DNA of 64,000 nt from Malacoraja senta (Eukaryota), in contig CM075996.1 in NCBI GenBank assembly GCA_038087875.1, positions 4,714,001 through 4,778,000 of the forward strand, in the 5' to 3' direction. Below, piece after piece: positions 23,058 to 34,286 of the stretch; within the stretch, counting starts at the first letter, position 1; the number at the start of each line of letters is the position of its first letter. Under the pieces are notes generated by a model. The model had not been told where the DNA came from, searched no databases, and worked only from the letters and a program-made list of their open reading frames with translations. A program made the translations under genes and the position numbers.

Positions 23058-23640
23058 GGCAATAGACAATAGGTGCAGGAGTAGGCCATTCGGCCCTTCG
23101 AACCAGCACCGCCATACAATGTGACCATGGCTGATCACCCACAATCAGTACCCCGTTCCTGCCTTCTCCCCATATCCCCTGACTCCGCTATCTCAAGAGT
23201 TCAAGAGAGAGTTCAAGAGAGTTTATTGTAATGTGTCCCAGATAGGACAATGAAATTCTTGCTTTGCTTCAGCACAACAGAATGTAGTAGGCCTACCTCA
23301 TAGTAGGCTTTAAGAGCTCTATCTAACTCTCTCTTGAAAGCATCCAGAGAACCGGCCTCCACCGCCCTCTGAGGCAGAGAATTCCACAGACTCACCACTT
23401 TCTGTGAGAAAAAGTGTTTCCTCGTCTCCGTTCTAAATGGCTTACCCCTTATTCTTAAACTGTGGCCCCTGGTTCTGGACTCCCCCAACATTGGGAACAT
23501 GTTTCCTGCCTCTGGTGTGTCCAAACCCTTAATAACCTTATATATTTCAATAAGATATCCTCTCATCCTTCTAAATTCCAGTTTACAAGCCCAGCCGCCC
23601 CATTCTCTCAGCATATGACAGTCCCGCCATCCCGGGAATC
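23058..23640 (-). mobile_element. CR1 LINE 3' end with nested short LINE-tail fragment (23195-23305)
   Basis: LEFRRMRGYLIEIYKVIKGLD..FFSQKVVSLWNSLP. Confidence 0.8.
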
Positions 23641-23806
23641 AGCTAGAGTGCGGTCCTGACCTCCCATCTACCTCATTGGAGATCTTTGAACTACCTTTGT
23701 TTAAGATTTGTAATTGTAATTAATTTATTAGCCAGTTATGTAAAACATACAAAGAATTTGATTTGTCATACAGTCATACCAAAAAAGCAAAAAGACACAC
23801 AATAAC

Positions 23807-24052
23807 TTGAAGGTAGACAAAAGTGCTGGAGAAACTCAGCGGGTGCAGCAGCATCTATGGAGCGAAGGAAATAGGCAACGTTTCGGCCCGAAACCCTTCT
23901 GGAAATAGGCAACGTTTCTGACCGAAACCCTTCCGGGTTTCGGCCCGAAACGTTGCCTATTTCCTTCGCTCCATAGACGCTGCCTCACCCGCTGAGTTTC
24001 TCCAGCACTTTTGTCTACCTTCGATTTTCCAGCATCTGCAGTTCCTTCTTAA
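23807..24052. mobile_element. PLE-B fold-back insert with 12-bp TSD
   Basis: TSD acacacaataac at 23795-23806 and 24053-24064. Internal duplication of GGAAATAGGCAACGTTTC..CCGAAACCCTTC. Confidence 0.8.
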
Positions 24053-24193
24053 ACACACAATAACATATTAGCTTCTTCCCTCCTTTTCTCCTGCGGTCGG
24101 GCAGTCAAACCATCCCGCAGTCGGGGCGATCGTAGCTCCCATGTCGGGGCGATCGAAGTTCCCGCGATCGGGGCTGTCGAAGTTCCTGCCTTT

Positions 24194-24538
24194 GGAGCTC
24201 CCGAAGTCCATCCCTAACCAAGGGACCGCGAGCTCCGCGATGTTAAGTCCGCAGGCTCCCGCGGTTGGAGCTCCCGAAGTCCATCCCCAGCTAAGGGACC
24301 GTGAGCTCCGCGATGTTAAGTCCGCAGGCTCCCGCGGTTGGAGCTCCCGAAGTCCATCCCCAGCTAAGGGACCGCGAGCTCCATGATGTTAAGTCCACAG
24401 GCTCCCGCGGTTGGAGCTCCCGAAGTCTATCCCCAGCTAAGGGACCGCGAGCTCCATGATGTTAAGTCCGCAGGCTCCCGCGGTTGGAGCTCCCGAAGTC
24501 CATCCCCAGCCAAGGGACCGCGAGCTCCACGATGTTAG
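24194..24538. repeat. 73-bp CpG-rich tandem repeat (~4.7 copies) inside a dispersed repeat
   Basis: Units start GGAGCTCCCGAAGTC at 24194, 24267, 24340, 24413 and 24486. Related degenerate units at 60640-60845. Confidence 0.9.
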
Positions 24539-24599
24539 GCTGCAGTGCGGACGGAGATATGATACGGAAAAAGTGGCATCTCCACCGAGGAAAGAGATG

Positions 24600-25120
24600 T
24601 GGACTCTTATACATCGGCGAGACAAAAGACTGGGCGATTGTTTCGCTCCGTTCGCCTTCCTGATCTCCCGGTTGCTAAACATTTTAATTTTCCTTCCCAT
24701 ACAGACCTTTCTGTCCAAGGCCTCCTCCATCGTCAGAGTGAGGCTAAATGCAAATTGGAGGATCAGCATCTCATATTTCGCTTGGGCAGCTTACAGTGGT
24801 ATGAATTTGATTATTCTATCTTCAAGTAACCCGGGCATTCTCTCTCTCTCTATCCCTCCCCCAAGTACATTGCACCAGCTTCTCATTTTCACCCAACAAA
24901 TAGCCAACAATGGCCTGTTCCCTTTATCATCGTTAATTTTTGACATATCTTTCATTCATTGTTCTTTATCTCTTTCTCTGCATCATCCTCTGTATCTCTC
25001 GCTTCCCTTTCCCGTGACTTTGTCTGAAGAAGGGTCTCGTCCCGAAACCTCGCTCATTCCTTCTCTCCAGAGATGCTGCCTGTGTCCCGCTGAGTTACTC
25101 CAGCTTTCTTGTGTCTATCT
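24600..25120 (+). mobile_element. Penelope-like element 3' region
   Basis: GLLYIGETK-LGDCFA..DLPVAKHFNFPSHTDLSVQGLL..CKLEDQHLIFRLGSLQ (GIY-YIG-type), then CTGAAGAAGGGTCTCGTCCCGAAAC. Confidence 0.78.
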
Positions 25121-25280
25121 TCTATCTTTAATCGGACTTTATCTTGCGATATGTTGTACCCTTTATCCTTTACTTATGCAGTGTGGCAGCTTGTTTGTAA
25201 TCATGTGTAGTCTTTCCGCTGGCTGGTTAGCAGGCAACAAAAAAAAGCTTTTCACTGTACCTCGGTACCATAAACAAAAC

Positions 25281-25679
25281 CAAAGATCCTATAGACCACT
25301 CCTGCAAGATAGACCACTCCTGCTAAATGCAATGGGCTGACGTGTAGTACGCAACGGAGCGGAACGTAGGCCTTTTTTTCATCCATTTCAGTAACCGGAC
25401 CCGACCCGACTCGCACTGTAATCAAACGTTGCGGGGGAACAGTTTGTGTTAATAAATTATAATTCTGAAAATGACGAGAAGATTTTTACCAAATTAATGT
25501 TATTTTACGAGAATGTTTCCGTATCCGGCTTCCGTCTCCGCACTAGTATCCTATGGGATCTTTGGTGTAGAGACGGAAGCCGGTTACGGAAATGGGCCGA
25601 AAATGACCCATGAATCTGCCCATCACCATACTACGTCTTTTTCGTCGAGTGGACTATCTTGCTCGCTATAGGATCTTTG
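25281..25679. mobile_element. MITE with perfect 14-bp TIR (CAAAGATCCTATAG) and perfect 8-bp TSD
   Basis: TIRs at 25281-25294 and 25666-25679. TSD aacaaaac at 25273-25280 and 25680-25687. An 8-bp TSD fits the hAT or P superfamily. Confidence 0.88.
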
Positions 25680-26044
25680 AACAAAACTATCAACCATCAG
25701 CTACCGTGGCCATCGGTGGTTTGTGGTGGGGCATATAGTGACGCAGTCAATCTGCCTCGCTTTCTCTAACAAACAATGCCTTTGTGAGTTACAGCGTCCA
25801 GATACGAGCTGATTAATTGAGATGTGTAGCCACTCAATTGTCTGGAGAATGGAGCCGATGTGAATGAATGTGCGGGTCAGGGCACAGCAGAGTGCAACCT
25901 CCTCAGCACAAGAGACGTGAGCCGGTGAAGCTGAAAACACATTGATCCTCGGATGCAAATTAATTGCGACAGAAAGGTTACAGTTTCGAGACAACGCTCT
26001 CATTTTAACTCTTGCTTTGTTTCAAAGGGACACATGAATTCAAA

Positions 26045-26332
26045 GGGCGGTGCGGTGGTAGAGTTGCTGCCTCACAGCGCCAGAGACCCGGGCTTGATCC
26101 TGACCACCGGTGCTGCCTGTACGGAGTTTGTACGTTCTCCCCGTGACCTGTGTGGGTTTTCTCCGGGATCTCCGCTTTCCTCCCACACTCCAATGACGTA
26201 CAGGCTTGTAGGCCAATTGGCTTGGTAAAATTGTAAATTGTCCCTGGTGTGTGTAGGATAGCGTTGGTACACTGGACCCGCCTGTCAGCATGGACCCGAT
26301 GGGCTGAAGGGCCTGTTCCATGCTGTATCTCT
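26045..26332 (+). mobile_element. V-SINE (HE1-like) with CR1-type tail
   Basis: tRNA head, V domain, 3' GGGCTGAAGGGCCTGTTCCATGCTGTATCTCT. Confidence 0.8.
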
Positions 26333-26738
26333 CGTCTAATTGAATTCAAATCCATGTCCTCCGACTTCAAAGTGTCCTAAGCCAAAACGGCACCCATCCA
26401 TGTCCTCCAGTGGTGCTGCCTGACCCGCTGAGTTACTCCAGCACTTTGTGTCCCCCCCCCCCCCCCCCAATCTTTGTGTGCTCCTCCATCCATCGTTGCC
26501 TCCTGCTCCAGCCTCCTGTCACCTCCTCACCGCACTATTAGGAGCCATCATCTCAGGTTCTCGAGTTTGTTGCTTAAACGTGCAGCTCTATCGGCATTGG
26601 CGAGGCCGTATCTGGAGTATAGCACGCAGGGAGGATGTGGGGGCTTTGGAGAAGACCAGAACACTGCCTGGATTAGAGGGTTTCAGCTACAAGGATAAAC
26701 TTAGATCATTTCCCCTGGAACGTCAGAGGTTGAGGGGA

Positions 26739-26855
26739 TTAAGAAGGAACTGCAGATGCTGGAAAATCGAAGGGTTTCGGCCCGAAACGTTGCCTATTTC
26801 CTTCGCTCCATAGATGCTGCTGCACCCGCTGAGTTTCTCCAGCATTTTTGTCTAC
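26739..26855. mobile_element. PLE-B rearranged insert with 15-bp TSD, inside an old CR1
   Basis: TSD cagaggttgagggga at 26724-26738 and 26856-26870. Confidence 0.8.
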
Positions 26856-28151
26856 CAGAGGTTGAGGGGAGACTTGATTGAAGTATAGATTATGAGAGGC
26901 TTAGATAAGGTAGGTCAGAGCACCCCCCCCCCCCCCAAGAGTGGAAATGTCCAATAATAGTCATTCAAATTTCAATGTACCTTGATTGGTACATGTGACA
27001 ATAAACTGGCCTTGAAACCTTGAATAGCTACAAGGAGAGGAGGGAAAGTTTAATGGAGATGTGTATTTTTTTTTACAGAGCATGGTGGTGACCTGGAACT
27101 CATTGCCAGGGGTGGTGGCGGAGGCAGATGCAACAGCAGCGTTTAAAACACTTTTGGATTGGCCCGTGGAAGTGCAAGGAATAGCGGGATATGGATCACG
27201 TACTGACAGATGAGATCAGTTTAACTTGCCATCATGATTGGCACATTGTGGCCCTTAGCGCCTGTTCCTGTTCCTGCTCTGTACCTTTCTGTGTGTAGGA
27301 AAGAACTGCAGATGCTGGTTTAAAATCAAAGGTACTGTGGACGCAAAACGCTGGAGTAACTCAGCGGACAGGCAGCATCTCTGGAGAGAAGGGACGGGTG
27401 ATGTTTATGGTCGAGACACACTTCTTCAGACTCATCCAAGTCAGACTGATTCAGTCTCGACCTGAAACGCCACCCGTTCCTTCTCTCCAGAGATGCTGGC
27501 TGTCCCGCTGAGTTACTCCAGCGCTTTGTGTCTACCTGTATCTCTCTATGTTCTATCACCATATCTCCACCGCCCACCCACTGCTCTGAAATATTCCCTA
27601 AAATCCAGCTCTTGAAAACCAGGATTTTATTTAATGCTGGAGAAGTCCTATTTGTTACTTTTATTGTTGACCGGATGCCTAAAGTCGTGCCCAGAAGCAT
27701 AAACTAATTTAGCAATGAGCAATAAAGTTACTCATTGTAAATACACACATCTAGTATTGATGAATAATACATTGCTCTGGGAGAATCACATTGTGTATCT
27801 GCTTTATATCAATGACACATAACAAGCAGTCGTAGTTGGTTTGAGAGAGAGGTGCACTTAACTGAACTGTAGTTGCTGATTTACACCAAAGACACAAAAT
27901 GCTGGAGTAACTCAGCAGGTAACTTAACTGAACAACATGTTGAGACCTTAAGACCCCCGATTCCAACGGTTTTCTTTCTAGTCTGTATCATGAAACGAGG
28001 CGAGAGGGAGATGGGGGCGGGCGAGGGGCCGGGGGGCATGCTTGGGGTGGGGACGTTTTGTAAAGTTTGTACATTGAAGTTTTTCCCCGCCTGACCGGGA
28101 CAACACTCAGGTAATGGTTGAAGAAGCTACAGGTAACATGAATTATCAGAC

Positions 28152-28374
28152 AATGGACACAAAAAAGCTGGAGTAACTCAGCGGGACAGGCAGCATCTCT
28201 GGAGAGACGGAATGGGTGACGTTTCGGGGTCGAGACCCTTCTCCAGTCTGAAGTAGGGACTTGACCCGAAACGTCACCCATTCCTTCTCTCCAGAGATGC
28301 TGCCTGTCCCGCTGAGTTACTCCAGCTATTTGTGTCTATCTTCGGTTTAAACCAGCATCTGCAGTTCCTTCCTG
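28152..28374. mobile_element. PLE-A fold-back insert with 13-bp TSD
   Basis: TSD tgaattatcagac at 28139-28151 and 28375-28387. Arms about 80 bp. Confidence 0.82.
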
Positions 28375-28792
28375 TGAATTATCAGACCTTGCTTTCAGGA
28401 AAATCACTTCAAATTGCAGAGTAAAAACAACCCTCTCCAGCTCCCCCTAGAAACGTTGGCAGTTATTTCATCTCTGGTTGCCCCATCCCCTGCTGGTGGA
28501 AATAATAGATTTAAACGATCAAGTGAACGGAATTGAATCAGGAGCAGACCACAGATTAGCTGCAATATCCTATTTTATAAATGCAATCAAAAAGAAACAT
28601 GTTTCTCACAAGTCTGACATATGCTTTCCAAAAAAAGGCACAAAAATCACATTGGAACCCTGATTAAATTAGTTTGCCCGGAAAGCAACATTCATAATTT
28701 TTTTGGAGTGGAAATATAATTTGGCTCATCAATGTCCTTCACGACACACACACACAGACAAAATCAGCTGCTCTTTGAGCTTCGGACATCCG

Positions 28793-28944
28793 TCAAGGAA
28801 TGACTCCGTGCTTGCGGCCGACCTCCAGGAAGGCCTGCACACACCGGTCGATGTCCTGGTCGCTGTGGGAGGCCGAGATCTGCACACGGATCCGGGCTTT
28901 GCCCTGGGGAACGACGGGAAAACTGAAGCCGATCACGTAGATTC
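28793..28944 (-). CDS. GCAT: GCAT terminal coding exon (equivalent to exon 9)
   Basis: cctcag|GA ATC TAC: (G)IYVIGFSFPVVPQGKARIRVQISASHSDQDIDRCVQAFLEVGRKHGVIP*. TGA at 28795-28793. Confidence 0.95.
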
Positions 28945-28984
28945 CTGAGGGAAGAGCAGGGGCGGCGAGTTAAACGCCGGCTGC

Positions 28985-29283
28985 GGAGATACAGCGCGGA
29001 AACCGGCCCCTCGGCCCACCGGGTCCGCGCCCAACAGCCATCCCCGCACATTAACACTATCCCACACCCACTCCGGACAATTTTTACATTCACCAAGCCA
29101 ATTAACCTACAAACCGGTACGACTTTGGAGAGTGGGAGGAAACCGAAGATCCTGGAGAAAACCCACGCAGGTCACGGGGAGAACGTGCAAACTCCGCACA
29201 GGCAGCACCCGTAATCGGGATCGAACCCGGTCTTCCGGCGCTACATTCGCTGTAAGGCAGCGACTCTACCGCTGCGCCACCAC
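28985..29283 (-). mobile_element. V-SINE (HE1-like), full length, in GCAT last intron
   Basis: tRNA head at the 29283 end, CR1-type tail ending ~40 nt before the acceptor of the last exon. Confidence 0.85.
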
Positions 29284-29892
29284 GACCACCCGAGGAACTA
29301 GCGGATGGGAACAGCGTTTCCCACGAAGGCAGTTACAGAGAACTCGCCATCTAGGCCGCACGCTACAGGAATGAAAGGGTTAACGCACGATGAGCGTTTG
29401 ACGGCGCGGGGCCAGCACTCGCTGGCGTTTGGAAGAATGGGGGGTGGGGGACATCAATGAAACTTACCGAATAGTGAAAGGTCTGGATAGGGTGGATGTG
29501 GAGAGGATGTTACAAGAAGAGGTAGATACATTTTTGAAAGCACGTATTTAGAACCAGGGGTCCTGGCACAAGAGGAATTGGGCCTTGGTTAGAGTAGTGA
29601 TGATTGCGTTGAATGGTAGGGTAGGCGTGAGGGGCAGAGTGGCCTCGTACCGCTCCCGCTTCTCGGTGTTGGCAGCTCCGTGGTCGGCAGAGGAACACCA
29701 GTTGCCACCTTGGACAGTTCAACAAGGAGCACAGGATCCTCTGGCAACCTCCAGACAGAAAGGACACCGCGGTCTGGGCCACTGAGTCAGCCTGGAACGA
29801 GCGGACAGGAGCAACAAGGGCTGCAGTGAATCACAGAGCCGCACTGCGCCCACGCTGGGCTGACTAGCTCGGCTCCTGCCCTGCCCCCTTAC

Positions 29893-30014
29893 CTCGTTGC
29901 AACATGTCCTCAGACATAGCGGATGCCAGCCGGGCATCGCCCAACATCAGCGGGCAGATGGGGTGGTCCATGCCACCGATGGAGAATCCTGCAGCCGTCA
30001 TCTGGCTGCGGAAC
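29893..30014 (-). CDS. GCAT: GCAT internal exon (equivalent to exon 8)
   Basis: gtgcag|G FRSQMTAAGFSIGGMDHPICPLMLGDARLASAMSEDMLQR G|gtaagg. 122 bp, phases match the neighbouring exons. Confidence 0.95.
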
Positions 30015-30052
30015 CTGCACAAAACAGCAAAGAGTCCAATTAGAAGCATTCA

Positions 30053-30224
30053 AAGGTAGGCCAAAAAATGCTGGAGAAACTCAGCGGGTGAGGCAGCATC
30101 TACGGGTCGGGACCCGAACCGTCACCTATTTCCTTCGCTCCATAGATGCTGCCTCACCCGCTGAGTATCTCCAGCATTTTTGTCTACCTTCGATTTTTCC
30201 AGCATCTGCAGTTCTTTCTTAAAA
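30053..30224. mobile_element. PLE-B fold-back insert with 15-bp TSD
   Basis: TSD aattagaa(g/a)cattca at 30038-30052 and 30225-30239. Confidence 0.8.
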
Positions 30225-30771
30225 AATTAGAAACATTCATTTCTTCATAGGAGAAAAATTAGGCCATTCAGCACATCAAGTCTACTCTGCCATTCAATCG
30301 CGGCTGATCTATCTCTCCCTCTCAACCCGTCTCCAGCCTTCTCCCCATAACCCTTCTCCCGGGCACGCGTAATGATCAAGAATCTGTCCGTCTGCGCTTT
30401 AAATATACCCAATGACAGCCTCCACAGCCGTCTGTGGCAATGAATTCCGCAGAATCACCACCTTCTGACGCAAGAAATTCCTCCTCGCCTCCTTTCCATG
30501 GGAACGCGGCTGTGCCCTCTGGTCCTAGAATCTCCCACGTGTGGAAACATACACTCCACCCAGGTCTTAAACATTCCTGCAAGCTCAAGTGTGACCTCTG
30601 GGCCCCCAGTAACACTGCGCCCTCTATCCCCTTCCAATCTCCCTGGGGCTCTCCACTGAGCTCACCTTGCCTGCCATCCCCGACACCCTCCCGAGTTCCC
30701 CCTCCCCATTACGTTCTTGCCCAGCCACCGTGCCCTTCCCTTTTTGCTTCCATCCTCCCCTCCACTGACCG

Positions 30772-31190
30772 ATGAGAAGTTGAAGGTGCAACTCCAGGGC
30801 CAGCAAGATCATGGGGGACCCCTTCCACCCCAGCAACGGACTGTTCCAGCTGCTACGGTCAGGCAAACGCCTCCGTTGCCATGCTGTGAGAACCGAGAGG
30901 ATGAGAAGAGGTTTCTTCCCAGAGGCCTTAGGATTGTAAACTCCTATCTCACCAGGGACTAACTTTACTGAACCATTCTACCGTTATGTGCTGTCTTTTT
31001 TAAATTACTGTTTTTTTCCTTTTTCTTCCCTCCCTCCCTCCCCACAATATGTAATATGTGAATATGTGATTCTGTTCCATTCTGTTTGTAGTTTGTTTGT
31101 TTGTTTTTGTTGCACAATCCGCGAGCATTGCCACTTTTCATTTCACTGCACATCTCGTATGTGTATGCGACGAATAAACTTGACTTGACT
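30772..31190 (+). mobile_element. Rex1/Babar-like LINE 3' end
   Basis: Same family as 476-1075. AATAAA then (CTTGA)n tail. Confidence 0.8.
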
Positions 31191-31559
31191 TAAAGGGAGA
31201 TGTGCGGGGCGATTATTTAAAAAAGGTGTCGAGTGCCTAGAAGGAGCTGCAGGGGATGGTGATGGAGTCAGATACGGTAGTGGCGGCTGAGAGTTCGGAA
31301 AGGCATGGAAGCACTCCGGATGCTGGCAATCTTTGTGCCCCGGCCTCTCTCCTCAACAAGGACACCCTCCACACCTCCCCCCTCCCCTCCCCCGCACTCA
31401 CCCGGCACTCGACTCCCCTGCCCCCACCCATCCGCGGCAGGGAAAGTAACAGGGAAGAAAGGTTTGGGACTACAATTCTCCCTACAAGACCCACAAATTC
31501 TGGCAAGTGAACGATACCCAGGGCAGAAGATCGCCTTCTGGCAGAAGGTCGTCTACCAT

Positions 31560-31885
31560 GGCACGGCGGCGCAGCGGTAGAGTCGCTTCCCCACAGCACC
31601 GGAGACCCGGGTTCGATCCCGACCACAGGTGCTGTCTGTACGGAGTTTGTACGTTCTCCCCGTGACTGCGTGGGATTTCTCCGGGTGCTCCGGTTTCCTC
31701 CCACATGCCAAAGGCTTGCGGATAATTGGCTTCTGTAAACCGGTCCCTGGTGTGTGGGTTATGTACGGGGTGATGGCGAATGTACGGGTGATGGCGAATG
31801 TACGGTGATGGCGAATGTACGGAGTGGTGGCGAATGTACGAGGTGATGGCTGGTCGACGCAGACACGGGCCTGTTTCCGCGCTGA
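31560..31885 (+). mobile_element. V-SINE with internal expanded ~18-bp tandem repeat (GTACGGGTGATGGCGAAT, ~5 copies)
   Basis: tRNA head GGCACGGCGGCGCAGCGGTAGAG..GGGTTCGATCCC. Repeat at about 31761-31850. Confidence 0.82.
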
Positions 31886-31913
31886 ATTTTTGACAAGAAA
31901 AAGACCGACCTAC

Positions 31914-32085
31914 CGCTTGACCTTGGACTCCATGGTGCGGGCAATGTCATTGCTGTCCATCAGGAGGTCCAGAGCTTTGGAGGCACATCCGACCACGGGA
32001 GGGGGCAGCGTGTTGGAGAAGAGGTAGGGCCGGGAGCGCTGCCGCAGAAGGTCCACCACTGCCTTGGGTCCCGTGGTGTAGCCAC
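31914..32085 (-). CDS. GCAT: GCAT internal exon (equivalent to exon 7)
   Basis: accag|[60 protein letters not shown]|gtagg. 172 bp. Confidence 0.95.
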
Positions 32086-32159
32086 CTGGTAAACAGACGG
32101 CATGTCAATGACTCCGGTAATGGTGCAGCCACAGGAGAGGGGCACTCCACCCATTGGGT

Positions 32160-32328
32160 GGGAAAGTACTGCAGATGCTGGATAAAATCGAAGGTAGTCA
32201 CTAAATGCTGGAGTAACTCAACGGGTGAGGCAGCATCTATGGAGAGAAGGAATGGTCGAGACCCAAAGGGGTCCTTCTCTCCATAGATGCTACCTCACCC
32301 GCTGAGTTACTCCAGCATTTAGTGTCTA
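32160..32328. mobile_element. PLE fold-back insert with 16-bp TSD
   Basis: TSD actccacccattgggt at 32144-32159 and 32329-32344. Confidence 0.82.
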
Positions 32329-32807
32329 ACTCCACCCATTGGGTCTGGGCCCATACTCAGCAACTACTCCCCGAATTAGTCCACAACATCACCACCACAT
32401 TTCCCTAACTTCAGGTAGCCCTGGCATTCTCTCTCTCATTCTCTCTCTCACACACACATTCTCTCTCCCTCTCCACTCCCCCAAGTCGCACCAGCTTCTC
32501 TTTTTCACCCAACAAAAATCAGGCTTGAAGGGCCGAATGGCCTAATCCTGCACCTATTGTCTATTGTCTAACAATGGCCCGTTTCCTCTATCACCGTTAC
32601 TTTTTTGCATATCTTTCATTCATTATTCTTTATCTCACTATATCATCGCCTATATCTCTCGTTTCCCTTGTCCCTGGCCAGTCTGAAGAAGGGTCTCGAC
32701 CTGAAACGTCTCCCATAGAGATGCTGCCTGTTACTCCAGCTTTTTGTGTCTATCTTTGGTTTAAACCCACATCTGCAGTTCCTTCCTGCACCACCACAAG
32801 CAATATG

Positions 32808-33412
32808 TTCACTGAAAGTAAACATGCAGGTACAGCAGGCAGTGAAGAAAGCTAATGGCATTTTGGCCTTCATAACGAAAGGATTTGAGTATGGGAGTAA
32901 AGAGGTCCTTCTGTAGTAGTACAGGACCCTGGTGAGATCACATCTGGAGTATTGTGCGCAGTTTTGGTCTTCTAATTTGAGGAGGGACATCCTTGCTATA
33001 GACGCAGTGCAGCGTAGGTTCACCAGGTTAATCCCCGGGATGGCGGGACTGTCATACGAGGAAAGATTGGAAAGATTAGAAACATATAAAATTATAAAAG
33101 GACTGGACAAGCTAGGGGCCACAAAGAATAAAGGGGAGGCCATTTAAAACTGAGATGAGAAAAAACTTTTTCACCCGGAGAGTTGTGAATTTGTGGAATT
33201 CCCTGCCGCAGAAGGCAGTGGAGGCCAATTCACTGGATGAATTTAAAAGAGAGTTAGATAGAGCTCTAGGGGCTAGTGGAGTCAAGGGATATGGGGAGAA
33301 GGCAGGCACGGGTTATTGATTGTGGATGATCAGCAATTATCATATTGAATGGCGGTGCAGGCTCGAAGGGCCAAATGGCCTCCTCCTGCACCTATCTTCT
33401 ACGTTTCTATGT
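32808..33412 (+). mobile_element. CR1 LINE 3' region with internal deletions
   Basis: VRSHLEYCAQFWSSNLRRDILAIDAVQRRFTRLIPGM, then the CR1 tail. Confidence 0.85.
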
Positions 33413-34203
33413 TCACCTATTGTGCTTGTGTGTGGTATGATTTGATGGATAGCATGCAGAGCAAGCACTTTACTGTATCTCTGCATAAGTGTAGAGGAAC
33501 CATTGAACAATGACAGCGTAGGTGGGGCACGTGGTCAGTGTGGGCAAGTTGGGCCAAAGGTTTATTACTCTATTGTGCACCACTTTGGGCATTGAGAAGT
33601 CTCTCCTGAACACACTATTGGATTGGTGACTACTTACTTAGTTCCTCACCGCCTCCCCCTCCCCCTGTCAGACTCCATCTTGAAATCCTGATCCAGTCCT
33701 CGCTGATCAGACAGAGCTTCAGATTAATTCCAATGATTAATACCAATAGGTTTAGAGTCACGACCACAGTCACTTTAGTCAGAGCATGATGTGTCTGTGG
33801 AATTCATTGCCACAAATGGCTGTGGAGGCCCAGTCAATGGATAATTTTTAAGCCGGAGATCGACAGATTCTTGTTTAGTGCGGGTGTCAAAGGTTATGGG
33901 GCGAAGGCAGGGCAATGGGGTTGAGAGGGAAGGATAGATCAACCACGATTGAATGGCGGAGTAGACTTAATGGGGCGAATGGCCTAATTATGTCCCTCGA
34001 ACTTATGACAAAGCCTCGCTATTATCTTTTTCTGCATATCTAGGTCATGAGGCAGAGACAGAGGCAGAGGCAGAACTCCACGTGTGGTCTATCCAAAGAC
34101 TGACACAAAATGCTGGAGTAACTCAGTGTGTCAGGCAACGTTTCGGGTTGGGACCCTTCTTCAGGCCCAAACTAACCAATCTCCAACACATCCAGAGCCT
34201 CAC

Positions 34204-34286
34204 CTGCTGCTCCGCCCAACGCCTTCCCCAGAGTGGAGTTGACAATGTGGACCCGGTCCATCACTCCCAGCAGCTCATCCGTGCCC
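34204..34286 (-). CDS. GCAT: GCAT internal exon (equivalent to exon 6), containing the PLP-binding lysine
   Basis: ggacag|G GTDELLGVMDRVHIVNSTLGKALGGAA G|gtgagg. 83 bp. TLGKALG is the alpha-oxoamine synthase PLP-lysine motif. Confidence 0.95.
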
